Below are positions 60,243 to 60,601 of a stretch of 60,601 nt of DNA, one piece after another. The notes under the pieces were generated by a model that made no database searches, was not told where the DNA came from, and saw only the letters and a program-made list of their open reading frames with translations. This stretch comes from Actinomycetota bacterium. Its GTDB lineage: Bacteria > Actinomycetota > Acidimicrobiia > Actinomarinales > Actinomarinaceae. Positions within the stretch are counted from its first letter, which is position 1. Each line of letters begins with the position of its first letter. The DNA lies in NCBI GenBank assembly GCA_036163695.1, contig JAYZKG010000053.1:1-60601 (forward strand). The letters are read 5' to 3'. A program made the translations under genes and the position numbers.

Positions 60243-60601
60243 TTACTCCTCCACTTCTATATCTAAACTAGAATCAAGAATCATTTTAACAGATTCGCTC
60301 ATATTGTCCTTATACTCTTCCTTAGAAAGAGACTCCCCCTTTGCTTGATCTCCTGCCACTAGCAGAACCGCTCCTGTCCTAACCTTTCTATAAGACCCTA
60401 CAACAAAAATTGTTGCAGCTTCCATTTCTGAACATAGGACTCCTCCTTTAACCCAAGCATCCCATTTTTGCTTGAGTTCTTCTGCAATAGGCATTTTTTC
60501 AGGGTTGTGCTGGCCATAGAATGAGTCTTTTGATTGAACAATTCCTAAATGATAAGCAATATTATTCTTGATAGCCGAATCCTTCAAAGCCATCGTCATG
60601 T
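60243..60601 (-). CDS. uridine phosphorylase-like nucleoside phosphorylase (PNP_UDP_1 family), C-terminal part; ORF is open to the right edge
   Basis: SKDSFYGQH, GVLCSEMEAATIFVVGSYRKVRTGAVLLVAGD parallels E. coli Udp (...FYPGQ..., NYEMESATL..., RAGMVAGVIVN). Only ~118 codons are visible, so the internal Met listed by the track is unlikely to be the real start. Confidence 0.75.
   Translation of the reverse strand, partial: MTMALKDSAIKNNIAYHLGIVQSKDSFYGQHNPEKMPIAEELKQKWDAWVKGGVLCSEMEAATIFVVGSYRKVRTGAVLLVAGDQAKGESLSKEEYKDNMSESVKMILDSSLDIEVEE

Overview
This is an AT-rich, very gene-dense chromosomal segment. By my approximate hand tally, about 97% is coding or tRNA. I call about 65 protein-coding genes and three tRNA genes. 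I found no rRNA, CRISPR array, transposase, integrase or long nucleotide repeat.

Gene content and local order suggest a streamlined, low-GC, probably marine Actinomycetota-like genome. This is an inference, and the taxon cannot be verified from the window. The supporting markers are:
- ino1
- an FAH-family gene followed by gltX and then tRNA-Glu/Gln/Glu
- cysteine desulfurase, mnmA and ligA in a row
- a contiguous dapD-dapE-gatCAB block
- the F420 markers CofC/FbiD and PPOX
- many fadE/fadA/fadD-type genes

Most of the window is ordinary core metabolism and information processing:
- gdhA, dtd, folD, an aspartate aminotransferase, pyk, ilvE, murA, pgl, ychF, tatA and thiamine pyrophosphokinase
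- a cytosolic GH13 enzyme with malQ
- two fatty-acid/branched-lipid beta-oxidation clusters

Things worth a second look, in order of interest:
1. A two-gene phage-type recombination cassette (3332-4325). It pairs a Rad52/Sak-like single-strand annealing protein with an unrecognised partner. It is wedged between gdhA and dtd with no mobile-element scars, and a Cas4-like nuclease lies 1.5 kb away.
2. A split, divergently transcribed ACAD10/11-type kinase + acyl-CoA dehydrogenase pair (6155-8442).
3. A nucleoside/queuine-salvage-looking neighbourhood (55851-60601): QNG1/DUF2419, ribokinase, uridine-phosphorylase-like gene, a solitary EcfT and a 12-TM transporter.
4. A DhlA-type haloalkane dehalogenase translationally coupled to a thiolase-racemase-hydratase operon (51835-55854).
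5. A tidy three-way-junction RNA-like structure in the only sizeable co-directional spacer (51699-51767).
6. Ultra-short divergent spacers with face-to-face -10-like boxes, which suggest leaderless transcripts.

I see no unambiguous multi-gene novel system. The recombination cassette is my best candidate, and its novelty needs profile and structure searches that I cannot run here.
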